Shown: positions 40,147 to 52,885 of the stretch, in pieces | Numbering within the stretch: position 1 is the stretch's first letter | How the letters are laid out: every line of letters begins with the position of its first letter | DNA from: Paramecium tetraurelia | Lineage: Eukaryota | Assembly: GCA_000165425.1 (NCBI GenBank) | Contig: CT868000.1 | Span: forward strand, 62,001-126,000 | Direction of reading: 5' to 3' | Length of the DNA stretch: 64,000 nucleotides | The notes under the pieces: generated by a model | What the model saw: the letters and a program-made list of their open reading frames with translations, nothing else | What the model was told of the DNA's origin: nothing | Database searches by the model: none | Made by a program: the position numbers and the translations under genes

Positions 40147-42372
40147 TCAGATATCTTCCTAATGAATTTGAACAACATTTCTTATAAAATTTAAAGGAAA
40201 AATATTACCTTATAATATATTTGACTGAACTTAATTGAAACTCTTTGGCATTTGTTAGAGCATAGCCAATTAGATATCGACCTGGTGGTAACTCCTTCAT
40301 TTGTGTGAAAACCCTTCCTACATTATCGATAGATTATATGACAGTAATAATTGGGGCTAAATTTGAAATGGGTACATTTAGTTTTGTAACTTCTATATAA
40401 AATTAAACCTGCTATTTTTCCATAGTAATCTCCTAGTCTAAGTAGCTGTTAAGCAATTGCAACCTAGTAGTTGAATAGTAGTCTAGAAATAATTCCTGTA
40501 TAAACACTGAATAAAGTTCGTATTTCTTATTTTTTTCCACCTCTATAATTTCTTTATCTTACGCCCATTTTGCTAAAAATTAGCTTTCCTATGATTTGAT
40601 GCTTTCAATAGCATCTTATAGTTGATTGCCTTTATATTAGACGGCAACAAAGAAGGAATCCTCCAAGTATTAATCAGATTATTTGATGATATTATATACG
40701 ATATTGAACTATTTAATTAATTGTAATTGTGAGGATGTTAATTAGATAATTTTACACCTCTCTAACTAGGGTTCGCAAGTATTTGTGTAATCAATTTAAG
40801 CATTATCAGTTTTCTTCAATTTCATTTTATTGTTATTATCATTGACCATTTACAAATAAATATCAGATTTATATGATTCAATACAGTTCTATAATTGTTA
40901 ATTAAAGTAATTAATTAGATCAAGTTGTTTAGAATGCAAAATATTAGAAACTTTGATAACCAGAGCATCACCATTGTTATTTTATTCTATTTATTGAAGT
41001 TCGAATCCGTAGATATCTAATAGACCCCTGACATTAGAATTTGATTTGAAAGTTTCTATCTTACAGTTGAATTTGTGACCCACTCTGAAATTGATATTGA
41101 CATTGTCAACAATATAATAGAAAGAATGATTTACATAACTATCTAACATTTCAACGATGACATTCTTGATTTCCCTTTGATTGTTCGGTACCTTGACATA
41201 AAAGCTTAAATTTTTGTCAGCCTTATAAACTTTGACCTCGTATGGTAGATTGTAATTTTAGGCTAAAAACTAATCAAAATCATTTGGATCAAAAACATTG
41301 TTAACCAATTACAAAGTACCTTTTCTATTGAAAAAGATTAGTTTGAACCCGCTCTCTTCACTGCTAATTAAATAGTCCTTGACGATGGAATCCTAACATT
41401 ATTTGATTCTCTGCTCTAGAATGGTTCTCAAGATCTAAGTGACTTTACTTTCATTTTCAGGTCTCCCATATATGTAAAAAGATTTACGAACTAAATTAAT
41501 TCACTTTTAAATATACATAATTTAGTTATTTTCTTAATTCTATTTTGAATGTTGGTGCCATATTTCTTATCTATTTAGGAGGCTAAATCAATAACCTTAA
41601 CTTGACTCCACAATTCAAATTTACAATTCAACTGTTCTTTGACCAGAGTTTCGACCTCGTCTGCATTGAATGAAATTTCATCCAATTCAAAAGGGAAATG
41701 AATAAGAGAATTCTTTGAAAGTGCACTCGAAGCGAATTCAGTGAGATTGATCCCACTTTAAGAAGCCAATCTTAACTCGATGATTTGATTCTGCTCCGCA
41801 TATTCTATTGCACAATTATGTGTTTTTTGAAAGGAGTCTTTGTAACAAGAGAACCAAATGGCCTATGAGTCTGTAATACGAAGGTGTGAAAAAGTATTTA
41901 GAAGTTTGTTGAGTTCCTACATAATATAATCTGCTTTGTTGTGAGGCATCCATGCCAGAACATAGCTATTTGGGAGTTGTATTGAAATATCGCCTCTGTA
42001 TCCTGCATTTTCTGCCAATTCATTCTGAAGCTTAATAAACTTGTCCTTGACCATTATACACAGTCCATCGAATTGATTCGTCAATTCCTTGTATTCTTGA
42101 CTCTTGATCATTTTTATGTAGAGATGATAATTATAAATAAGTTTGGAGTCTTTCAGGAGAAAGCGCAATTCGTATTCCTAAGTTCCTATCTTTTCAGCCT
42201 CGGAGACAGCCTATTTTAGAAGTGCATTGTTGGCAGCTTCGAAGAAGATGAACTTGGAATCGAAACGCAACTTGACTTTATATTTAAGTTTGATGGGATC
42301 AAACTTCTTTACATAGACCATCCATAAGACTTTTTCTGCAGGAAGATTGATTAACTATTTTTCAATAATCAT
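40147..42372 (-). CDS. Hypothetical protein, about 720 aa
   Basis: Long open code-6 frame from ATG 42372 with two candidate introns (26, 28 nt). No domain recognised. Confidence 0.7.
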
Positions 42373-42553
42373 TTTATTATTTGGGTAATTTCACTCATAT
42401 TGAAATAACATTAAATTAATACCTGCTTATTTTTTGAAAAATAACAGTGAGATTAAGAAATAGATTAAAGAGCACACTTTTAGTTTTAGAGAATACTAAA
42501 TCAAACAATATTTAAAATAATAAACAATTGGAGAATTATAAAATAAATTATTT

Positions 42554-44146
42554 ATGTTATAAGAAAAAGATAGCAAGCAATCCTATCTCATAAAATAACC
42601 GTTATAAAAAACTTGGGTATTGTGGTTGGCTTTGGGCTTGGCTTGCTTCTTACTTTTTGGAGATGCATACGCTTTCGATAATCCCATGGCCTTGCAATCC
42701 ACAATCCAAAGCGAAATGAATTTGAACAATGTGCAATTTAATATGCTTTATTCCATCTACTCAGCTCCAAACATCATACTACCATTCTTCGGAGGCATCC
42801 TGATAGACAAGATTGGAGTCAGAATTAGCATACTCATCTTTTCATCAATATTGATCTTGGGTCAAGCAGTAGTTGTGATTGGAGGATACACATTATCATA
42901 TGGCACTATGTTAGCAGGTAGATGCATATTTGGCATTGGATCTGAGAGTTTGAATGCTGCCTAAGCTGCAATTATGTCATAATGGTTTTAAGGAGGTTAA
43001 GTGAGTTTAGCATTGGGATTATGTTTATCAATACCTAAATTAGGTAGTGCAATGAATAGTTTGGTCAGTCCTATCATCCAGGCCAAACATGACAATTTGG
43101 GATTCACTTTTTTGATTGGCTTATTCATAGTAATATTTTCATGGGGATGTGGTTTAGCACTTATTTATTTAGATAAGAAGAATGAGGAATTAATGGAGAT
43201 TTGGAAATAAAATAATCTTGAATAAGAGAAGAAAGAAGAAAAGAAGGAAGAAATAATGCAATAAGAAATGAGTTTATAAATTAAGAAGAGTGAAACTACT
43301 GAGAGTGATCGTTCTGAATCCTTACTTAATGATGATGATGACGATGATGAAAACGATGATGACGATGAAGAGGAGCAGGAGAGTGCTCATGAAGCTAAGG
43401 AGGAAATCAAGTTATCAGATCTAAAAAACCTAGATGGTTCCTATTGGATTTTATCATGCATCATTATGTTGAGTGAAGCATTGTTTGTTCCTTTCTTAGA
43501 TAATGGAAATGCATTCTTCCAAATTAAATTTGGGTTTAGTTAACAATCAGCAGGTGTTTTACTCACCATACCCTATGTTTTTGCAGCTTGTGTAACCCCA
43601 TTTGTTGGAATCTATAGTGATAAAATCAGATAACGATCTCTCCTCATTGTGTTGACTACTGTCATATTCATAGTTACTCATTTGTGTTTACTACTCATAT
43701 ATTGTGATGTAATTATGTGTCTTATTCTTGTAGACTGCCTGTGGAGTTTCCGCATTACCATTGCTTTCGTTGGGAATATGTTATTCATTTTATTCTGCCA
43801 TATTGATTCCCTCTATTCCTCTTGTGGTCAAGGCTTAAATGATAGGTGTGAAAGTATTTTTGTAATTTAGGTACTGCATTTGGATTGTTAGGAGTTATGT
43901 AAAATACTGCCTTGGCTTTATTTCCATTGATAACTGGCAGCATCTACAATAGTCATCTCATAAATGAACAAGGGGAAGTGGATCCTTTCCAGGGGTAATT
44001 AGTACTCATATAACTTTAGATATGTATATTAATCTTATTTTTTTGTTGGTGTCAGTTGTTTTAATTTTGTGATTGCAATAAGTCTTTATTTGTTTGATAA
44101 AAATGGGAGCAAAAAGTTAAGTCGATTAAAGTCAAAGAGCAAATGA
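42554..44146 (+). CDS. Major facilitator superfamily transporter, MFSD1-like
   Basis: YAFDNPMALQ, LYSIYSAPNIILPFFGGILIDKIG, GRCIFGIGSESL, an acidic central loop and many TM segments. Confidence 0.92.
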
Positions 44147-44183
44147 ATGTTTATAGTGTGTTATTTTCAATAATAAATTTATT

Positions 44184-45761
44184 ATGAGTAATCGAAATAA
44201 GAGTTTAACAGAGAGGAAAAACTCGAAGAGTAAATGTAAGACTGCGATCTCTTAGAGAAAAAACTCTGATAGCGAAGATTATAATTTCTATTAAGAATTC
44301 TAGTTATTCTATCCCTAAGCTTAGGGGATTAAGTTTACGAAATTTGAATATATGAAAGAGTTCTTTAATTTGGGCATCTCTGAATTTCCGTCAGATTAAG
44401 AGATCCAAAGAATTTAACAAGAAATTCTAACAACGAGTGGGTGGAATTCAAACCTTAAGAAGAATTGGACACTCAATGAAAAGAAGGTCCTAATTTGGCT
44501 TGTTGGAAAATTGAGCATTATGCGCAATGAAGACATTAGAGATTTATCAGCAGAATTGTTTGAGGAGATTTCAAGGATGATTTGTAGGAGAGATAAAGAT
44601 TAATGCAAGCAGAAGTGGTCTCAAATGCAAAAAATTGCACTGCAATAACAACCTTTCAAGCCAGAAGAAGATAAAAAATTATACGAAATCATTCTTCAAT
44701 ATTAATCAGTTGATATGGGATAGAAGTGGAGTTAAATTGCACAGGAGTTGAATCAGCATACAAGCATATACAGATCAAGTAAATAATGCAGAGAGAGATG
44801 GCTTAATCATTTGAATCCAAAGATTTCAAAGTAATTTAAAATTTTTCATTTCTCTTTTAGACAACCTTGGACAGATGAGGAAGACATTTTATTGTTGAAT
44901 CATGTGAAAGACTAAGGAAGACGATGGGCGGAGATATCAAAGATCATGGATGGAAAGAGAAGTGAAAACAATCTAAAAAATCGATTTAATAGTTTAATTA
45001 AAAGAGAAAAGGACTTGCCAGTGATGTAAGGTCGTTATTAAACTTGTTATAGTCAGACTTAAAATGGATCAGCTACTCATTTGGATGATTTATTGTCAGG
45101 TTGCACTGGACCTGAAATAACTGACCTACAAAGACAAGCTATTGATGTATTGCTGTCTAAGTTGAAATGGAGGAGTGCAGAGGGCTAGAATAAGAATACA
45201 AGGAAAAAATCCATAGAACTCAATGAAAATGTAGATGATTAAGTAAAGCGACAATTTTAATAGCGAGCTTAGATTACAACCCCATACACTGTAGGAAATA
45301 TAGAATCGGAATCTAATATTATGGATTTAACTCCTTGTTTAGTTAATGTGAGTAAAAACATTATTTACTTCTGCACACAAGATACATTCATTTAGTATTT
45401 GGGTTATCATTAATAGTAACAGCAATAATACAAAGATAAATTCGATAAAATTAAGAGTGAATTATATGCCTTTGATGTGGGCTTTCAAAATTTCAAGTCC
45501 ACTCTCAGCATGATTGAAGAGATTGATGAGCCTCTCAAAAGTCTATCATACTTTTAACCGAATGATTTGGATGGATTCTTAAATTTAGAAACACCAGAAA
45601 CTGTATCCAAACCATTATATGTGAACTCCCTTGACATGATCACCCATTCGGCTATCAAATATCTATAGCGTTGGAAAACTGAGTGTTAATTCAATGATGG
45701 GCGCAGATCAAGTATAACAATACCGAGATCACTTCCGAATTTGATATAAATTTAATAATGA
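44184..45761 (+). CDS. Myb-family DNA-binding protein (three repeats)
   Basis: NWTLNEKK, KWSQIAQEL...RSSKQCRERWLNHLNP and PWTDEED...RWAEISK...RSENNLKNRFNS. Ends ...PRSLPNLIQIQQ*. Confidence 0.92.
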
Positions 45762-47206
45762 AAAAGAGTCTTATATTATTATTCATAATAATACCTTTTA
45801 TTTTATTCAAATGGGATCATTGTATGCAAACATACCATACTATAAAAACCTTTATAAACCATTAAGAAAAATTATCAGATCAATTATCATTTTATGATTA
45901 GTTCCTCCTCATGGCTATTCAAAGTATTTCGTTAAATTGGATAAATACAATAACCAATATTGATAATTGGTTTGAAAATATTTGGTCTTCATCTCAAACT
46001 AAGATAACGTAAAAAAATCCCCCATCGGCATAAAATTTTGCTTCTTAATTTGGAGGTGCAATAATTTTAACTAAAAGCAGTGCATTAAAATAAGTAGATA
46101 ATGTATTGGTGGATTCAGTTGAAGTGTATAATTTAATAATAAAATAGGTATATGATTACAGAATGTAATTAAAAAATGTGTTTTTTGTTGTATGTTTAAA
46201 AGAAGAGATTTCTTTAGAAACAATAACATTTATAAATAAAGAGTTGTATTCCTCAACTATTAAAAACTTTTAAGTAAGTAGTTCAGATATCTTATTTATT
46301 AGGTTTATGGAAGTGTTGTTTATCCGACCAGGGTATGGGAACTTTTGGGTAATTTTTATGCGGAAGACATAAATGAATGGTAAATTTTCAATTTGGATCA
46401 ACGATTCCTGAGATATTTAAAAATATTAATTGTAGATTTTCATAACGCAGAATTCCATTGCACTTTAACTCAAATTAGGTTAATTTTTAATTTTTATTAA
46501 AATTAGAGTCTTTGGAAAAACTGTTATTGGAGATTTAATTGATTCACATAAGAGAGATAAGGTTATTGAACCAGAGACTAAAACTAAAAATTTAACATAA
46601 GAGTAATAAGAAATTAAATTAAATGAGGTTTCAGAAGAAGAAGATCGATCAAAAAATGATACATGTTCTGTTGTTGATTATTTTTACAGCAATCAAATTT
46701 CGAAAAGAATTAAAAATTAATACATTAATGTCTTACCATATGAATCAAGACAATCACTATTTAAAGTGACTGCTCAGAATATCCTAATATTATCTCATAA
46801 TGTAGAATTATTTAAAAATGAAATTAATTAAATTAAACACTTAGATATATAGTATTAAAATGAATAGGATTAAATAAAGGCATTTTAATAATAATTGATC
46901 ACATCAATATCAGAATAAAAATTAATAAATGAAAGGTTAGAGAGTGAATTGTATTTTATCAATCTGAAATTGTTAACCATGTTCATTATACTAGTCGGAA
47001 TAACTTCCATTTTATTGTTTATAAGTTTTTGCAATCAAAATAAATAATCATCAATTCAACAATAAAGAGTATCTATTAAAGCTTAAAGTGCAATTTTTAA
47101 ATCATAGCCTGAATTGATGACTCCTAAATTCAGTGAAAATAATGCTAACACTAATACTACCAAATAAACAAAAAACTCAAATGGGAAATCAAAAAAATCA
47201 CATTGA
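45758..47206 (+). CDS. Mid-SUN domain membrane protein (Slp1/SUCO-like)
   Basis: Signal/anchor MKKSLILLFIIIPFILFKW, NFASQFGGAIIL, ELYSSTIKNFQVYGS..YPT..W.LLGNF, CTLTQIRVFGKT, a coiled coil and a C-terminal TM. Confidence 0.88.
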
Positions 47207-47247
47207 TTTTTCATTAATAAATATTTTTATATATAGATATATATGTA

Positions 47248-48085
47248 TCAACCTAATTTGATGTTCAAAAATAATATATAAAATGCAGTGTAGATGCCAA
47301 ATCTTGCAGCAATTCCATACACCAAAACCGATGAAAATTTAAGTAACTAGAAGTATATTATTCTCATTACCTTTCTTGCATAAACCATAATCATATGCCA
47401 TATAACTGATAGCACTCCCAATAAAATGCAATACTGCCATTCTACTATAGTGCTAGTTATCATCATGACAAGAAGTGCAAAGTGTAAGCCTACAAATAAT
47501 GCAGCAACCCAGCCAGATGGAAGAGTTTTGATCATGAAATCTAAAAGTTTAATTCGATTTATATACTTCTCCAAAAATACTCTTCCAATATTCCCAAACC
47601 GACAACAAACAATGCCATAAATAACACCATGTAAGAAGTGTTTGATTCATCAAAGTATGATTTGTAGAGCTTCGTGTTTTATGCAGAGAGAAACAGGATT
47701 GTCAGTGTGAAAAAGGAAATGAAGGTTATTAAGGTAGATAAAATCAAGAGTTAGGTATTCTCCTTTTTGAAGATGAATTCACCCTCATTATTTTATTTAT
47801 TATACCTGCCATGTAAAATTCCAACACTCGTTTTCCTTGTGCCAAAAAAAAAATGTAGAAGTAAATCACCAGGATTATTAGCATCATGTAGGTTAACAAA
47901 CATAAGAGTGCTGAGGTTGTTATGGATAGGGCTAGTCATTATGAAAATTTCAAACTTATCCATGGAACAACCATCATCGCAAGCATTGCCAATTCTAGAT
48001 AAACTTGTTGGCAAACTGAAAGTCCCAAAGGAGGCACATCATCCACGGGATTTGTGACTGTTGCTAAATCGTAACTAAGGTTCAT
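47248..48085 (-). pseudogene. CPBP/Abi (Rce1-like CAAX protease) family membrane protein with a nonsense codon and a frameshift
   Basis: EEYFWR and FVGLH motifs. In-frame TGA at 47936-47938. The A10 run at 47844-47853 is one base too long to join the downstream frame. Confidence 0.65.
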
Positions 48086-48239
48086 TCTTTAACTGTAAAA
48101 TATAATTTATATTAATGATTTTATTTGATCACATAATAACCATGATGCTATTGTTACTTCGTATTAATTAAGTTTTAAGCAATGTAGTTAAAAACGAAAT
48201 CCATTAAATATTTTCTAATACAATTGTAAAACAAAAAAA

Positions 48240-48800
48240 ATGTCTCTTCATTCCTCATTCGGCTATGATAGTCTTCGCTCAGCCATTTTTGCCAAAGCCA
48301 TTAAAAAGTGTGAATGTACTAATCAACGTTAATATTATAGAAATTTAAAATGAGTATTATTCATCAGAAAGTTGTTCAGATATTAAGAGTAGCATCTCTT
48401 CCGATTCAGAAAAGCACATCTTTGACAGGTACTCTAACAATTTATATTATTCCTAGAGAATTTGCTTCAGAATCAGCTGAATCAAAAATTGTCTTCAATA
48501 ATCAAGAATCTCCTCTCTCTTAGTTTAATACTCAACAATGAATATAAATAAATAAACAATTATACAAAAATACATAATCACTCATTCCAACTCCTAAGCT
48601 CTTCAGCTATGGATATAAACAATCTTAGAATCATATTGTATTCTCTTTTAACAAAAACAGTTATAAAATGACTACGATGATGATTTCATCGAGAATAATC
48701 TCACAGAATTCAATGTAGAATGCCGAATAAAAAATCAATAATATCTCTATTCATATTTAATTAAATTAAGACCTTTTAATAAGATAAATTCTTAATAAAT
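48240..48800 (+). pseudogene. Hypothetical gene: either a short CDS ending at TGA 48541 or an interrupted longer one
   Basis: ATG 48240 and two canonical tiny introns. Protein-like sequence continues past TGA 48539-48541, with an apparent later frame switch. Confidence 0.4.
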
Positions 48801-49493
48801 ATTATTATATAAATTGCTAAACATTAAGCTATATTTTATTTATAAAAAAGAATTCTTTCACAACATCAATTTAGTAATTTTTATTTAAAATTTTAAATAT
48901 CTACAGATAAAATATATCTGTTTAATCTGTCATTGTTATTCCATTCTTTGAGTCTTATTGTGTTATTTATCATTGCTTCTAAATCTTTATTAAACTTTGA
49001 TAGAAGAAATTGTTAAATTCTATTCTAATTATATTGGAATATCTTTTATTACACTGTCAAGAATCTGATACTATGAAGTATTTTTAAAGTAATAGAAAAT
49101 CGAAAATTAGTGTTTTTAAAGTTATTAGCGAAAATAACATTACAGCTATCAAGGAGGATATGGCCAAGTGAAGCAAATACTGCTTTCTGATATTATCTCT
49201 CATGCTTCAGGACTAAGAAGGCATTTAAATTGATTGAACTATTTAGCTATCATAATAACAATATTAAAGTAAAATATCTTATTTTAAAATATAGTCAGAA
49301 GGATAATCTATCTGGTGGGTATTATATTTAGATCTTGGTAAATGAACTTTAAACGAAATAATCATTACATTTAAAGTCATAATAAATAGTTTAACTATAT
49401 TTTCTTAATCATTAATATGATTTAATAAATGTGAGAATAAGAGGAAACTTAATAATAAAGATAATATAATATTTATATAATTAAAAAACTCTT

Positions 49494-51076
49494 TCAATTA
49501 CCATAGATGTTTACTTGTTTATCAAAACTACAACTGTATATATTTTTATTAAATTCGGCAAATCTAAAATAAAATATAAAATTACTTTATCGCAGTTACA
49601 ACATCTCTATGACTTTCGAATTTGAAGAATTCTTATTACTTTTTGATGTCAAACAAGTGTATATTTTTATTTTCACCTACAGCCAAGTAAGCTCCTGATG
49701 TATCATAAGAAATACTGCCTAAAGGAAATATAGAATTATATAAGACTTATGTTTTATGATTGAAACAACTTTTAGAATTAACCCGGATTTCTTAAGTCCC
49801 ATTAAAACACTTCAGTTGATGATACTGATGCCAAATTAACTCCATTCTCAGAAAATGCAACCTAACTTATAGATCCCTAATATTATCGGTTTTTAGTTAC
49901 TTCTTATCCTTCAAATTAAGCAACCAATTAGCCAGATGTAATCTTCCAAATTTTAATCTATGAATTTTCTTATCCAATTGCTAATAACAACCCATCTGGA
50001 TGTATACCAACAGATGTAAATTAACATTATCCTTCAAAATCAGTTACTCTACTAATTTATTAACCAGATCTTAAATCATATAACAACAAAAGACCTCCAG
50101 ATGTCACAATAATAGCAATGTAGCCAAGAGGATGAATAGCTAATCCAGTGATATTCTGTCCTACTTTCACTGTTTAGGTTACTACTCCCTCATTAGTTTC
50201 GGTGTTAAATTAATAAATGACCAAGTCTCCATCTGAAGTTGATGAAACAAATCTTAAATGTTCATCAGTTGTAAAAAATTTAATTGTATTTATTCGCTGA
50301 TTGCTTTATTGATTCTTATACAACAATGTTTCGGAACGATACAGTGAAACTAAACCTGCTTATCCTCCTACTATCACATAATTTGCTTAGATATCTAATG
50401 AAGTGCCACCTTAAGTTTAAGTGTGTTATTACTTGATCTCATAATTTGACAAAATCTAAAATAATGAATTTGAGTACCTAAGGACTAGGAAACTATTCAA
50501 AATATGATTATTGCTTTCTTAATAATTTTCTTTGGCTTGTTAATTTTAACGCGGTTTATTCTATATCAGTCACATAATTTGCTGATAACTTTTCAGTAAC
50601 ATCATTGGTTTCTACTTCTACTTTATGATTTAATTTATTTTGTAATTGCGCTAATTCTATTCTTGCTTGATCTCTCTCTTTTATTAGCTTTGCTATCACA
50701 CGACATGCAGCATCATGTTAATATAAGGCATGTGTTAATTCGTGTCTTACTTATTCCAAATGCTATTTCAATTAGAATTGTTCCAACAACAAAGCATCCC
50801 ATTCGTTTTGTAAAAGGGAAAGCAATGAAGGTATTGAGGTAGCAGTCACTGGTCTGGGTTTTTACACTTTGGCCACTTTCACCTTAATCTTAAAAAATAT
50901 CATAATACCTCTATCAGATCATCAAAATTCAAAGGTCTTCCTGTTATTGGACATGTGCCTGTGCTTTCAATATGTTTTTCAATCAATCTTTTTTCGTAGA
51001 TATGTCCACTCACTTTGGATATTACTGGGGTTTCTATTAATTCACCAGATAATGCACAAGTTTACCAGGATTACAT
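49494..51076 (-). CDS. PRP19: Pre-mRNA processing factor 19 (U-box, coiled coil, WD40)
   Basis: CALSGELIETPVISKVSGHIYEKRLIEK, TSIPSLLSLLQNEWDAL, HALYQHDAACRVIA, and WD40 motifs HPDGLL and FSENG. Confidence 0.97.
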
Positions 51077-51126
51077 ATATTAATGATATGAATATATTTG
51101 AATATTTAATAAACTTATGTTAATCA

Positions 51127-51507
51127 TCATTATTTTGTAATTTCTGTCTTAAGATTATCAAATGAATCCACAGGTACATATTATGCAAGTGTGTAATACT
51201 TTCCTTTACCATCATCCTCTTCCTTCTTCTTTCTTTGCAATCTAACCCTAATTCTTCTTGGTAAATTACGAATTCCTCTTGCCCAAATAGCCTCATTTAA
51301 TTATGGATCAACTCTCACATCATCAGTTAACATATTTTTTTAAGCTAAACAATCCCTTCACTTTTTACCAAATCTAACAATGTGACTCACTGCTCTAGGT
51401 GCCTTTCTTTTGAAAGTCTCCTTGTGAACAGCTTTATGAAGATTTATAGTATAGTCTCTGCTCACTTCCCCTAAAGGATTAGGCTTTCCCTTCTCTTTCT
51501 TTCCCAT
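51127..51507 (-). CDS. RPL31: 60S ribosomal protein eL31
   Basis: [24 protein letters not shown]...[28 protein letters not shown]. 24-nt intron 51345-51368. Confidence 0.98.
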
Positions 51508-51551
51508 TAATTAAAATCTTTAAAAATTAATTTTAAAAAAGTAAGTAATCA

Positions 51552-52105
51552 TCATATATATTTACTATTCTAAATAATTGATCTTCCTGACTATCTTGGA
51601 GTTTGATTAACTGACATTACTGAACCACTTCGCGATTTTGCATTTTAGTTTCCACTGTTGAATAGGTTCACCTTTTCATTGTAAATAATACTTATTTTAA
51701 AATCGATTGCAAATAAATATTCTTCCTTCTTAGAACACAATTTACTGAAGTACTTGGAGATACCCTTTGAGAAATTGCAGGTTGTCCTTACATTATTTTG
51801 GACTATTAGCCTTGTTATTCTAGCATTATCAGTTATATTGGATAAAGCTATTTCCTATGTTATTTCCTACGCCTCATATTTACATCTTCTAAGTCACTCT
51901 AGTTAACACTCTAGTTAACACTCAATTTCCTCTCTCTTATTAACTCAGTCTATTAGGACAATTTATTCTTATAACTCGGTTTCTTATTGAGCGTCTTGTA
52001 TTTCAGTTAAGAAAACCTTTAACCCTAATGTGGTTTGAGAGCATCTCCAAATTCTGATGATGAATTAATTTCCCATCCTTGGATAATATCTTAAATTTTT
52101 AACAT
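51552..52105 (-). CDS. Hypothetical protein, about 177 aa
   Basis: ATG 52105. One 20-nt intron restores the frame to TGA 51552. Contains an in-frame 12-nt duplication (SVNQ x2). Confidence 0.55.
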
Positions 52106-52885
52106 TAAATATATTATGCACATTATTTAATATATTTTAGTGAAATAACTAATCCTAACTTTTTTATACTTTCTAAAATTTTAAAGCTCAGAAGTTAGTG
52201 AAATAGAAATAGAATCTTAATACAATATCTTAGCTAATTTCAAGGTGGAAGAAGGAATTGTGTGTTTTCCTTTGAAGAAATAGCAATTTCATATGTATTA
52301 AAGGATTTTAAGATTACAAAATTGGATTCTATTCTATGCTTGTTTAAACAAATAATCTTAAAATATTTTCAATCATCATTCTTTATTTACTCCTTGTTAA
52401 ACATTTTGTAGGTCTCAGTAATTAAAAATAAAAATTAAATGTAAATTATCTCCAAATTTAGAGGAATGTTTAATCCATTTATTGATATAATGTTAAGCTT
52501 GTTGAAATGCCGTTGGTTCTAAAAAATATTATCATTTCTCTTTTTCTTAATTTTCATTATTTACAACTAATTACATTTTTAATTTTATCACCCAAAGCAG
52601 AGGACTTTATTTTTCCTTAGGCCCTTACTTATGAAGAGTTATTAGGTTAGGTTATGCTAAAGAAAAATCTCTATTTAAATCTAAGCTTCTTATCATTATT
52701 AAATTAGATTGGTTTTCATAATATATTATTTAGATCTGCAATTAAGGAAGTCGAAATTAATTGTAAATAGATAAACTTATTGAATAGGTTTATCCTTATA
52801 GTCATTTTCATGTTTGGGTTGATAATATTGTATAAAATAGGAGAGTTTCTTTTGAAAGTATTTTATATAAAAAAGATATTAATTT

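Noticed and set aside
40998..41012. GTTCGAATCC tRNA T-loop-like motif
   Set aside because: It lies inside a CDS, with no cloverleaf or A box.
49141..49240. QGGYGQVK kinase glycine-loop-like fragment
   Set aside because: No other kinase subdomains and the frame closes quickly. Chance or an unrecognisable relic.
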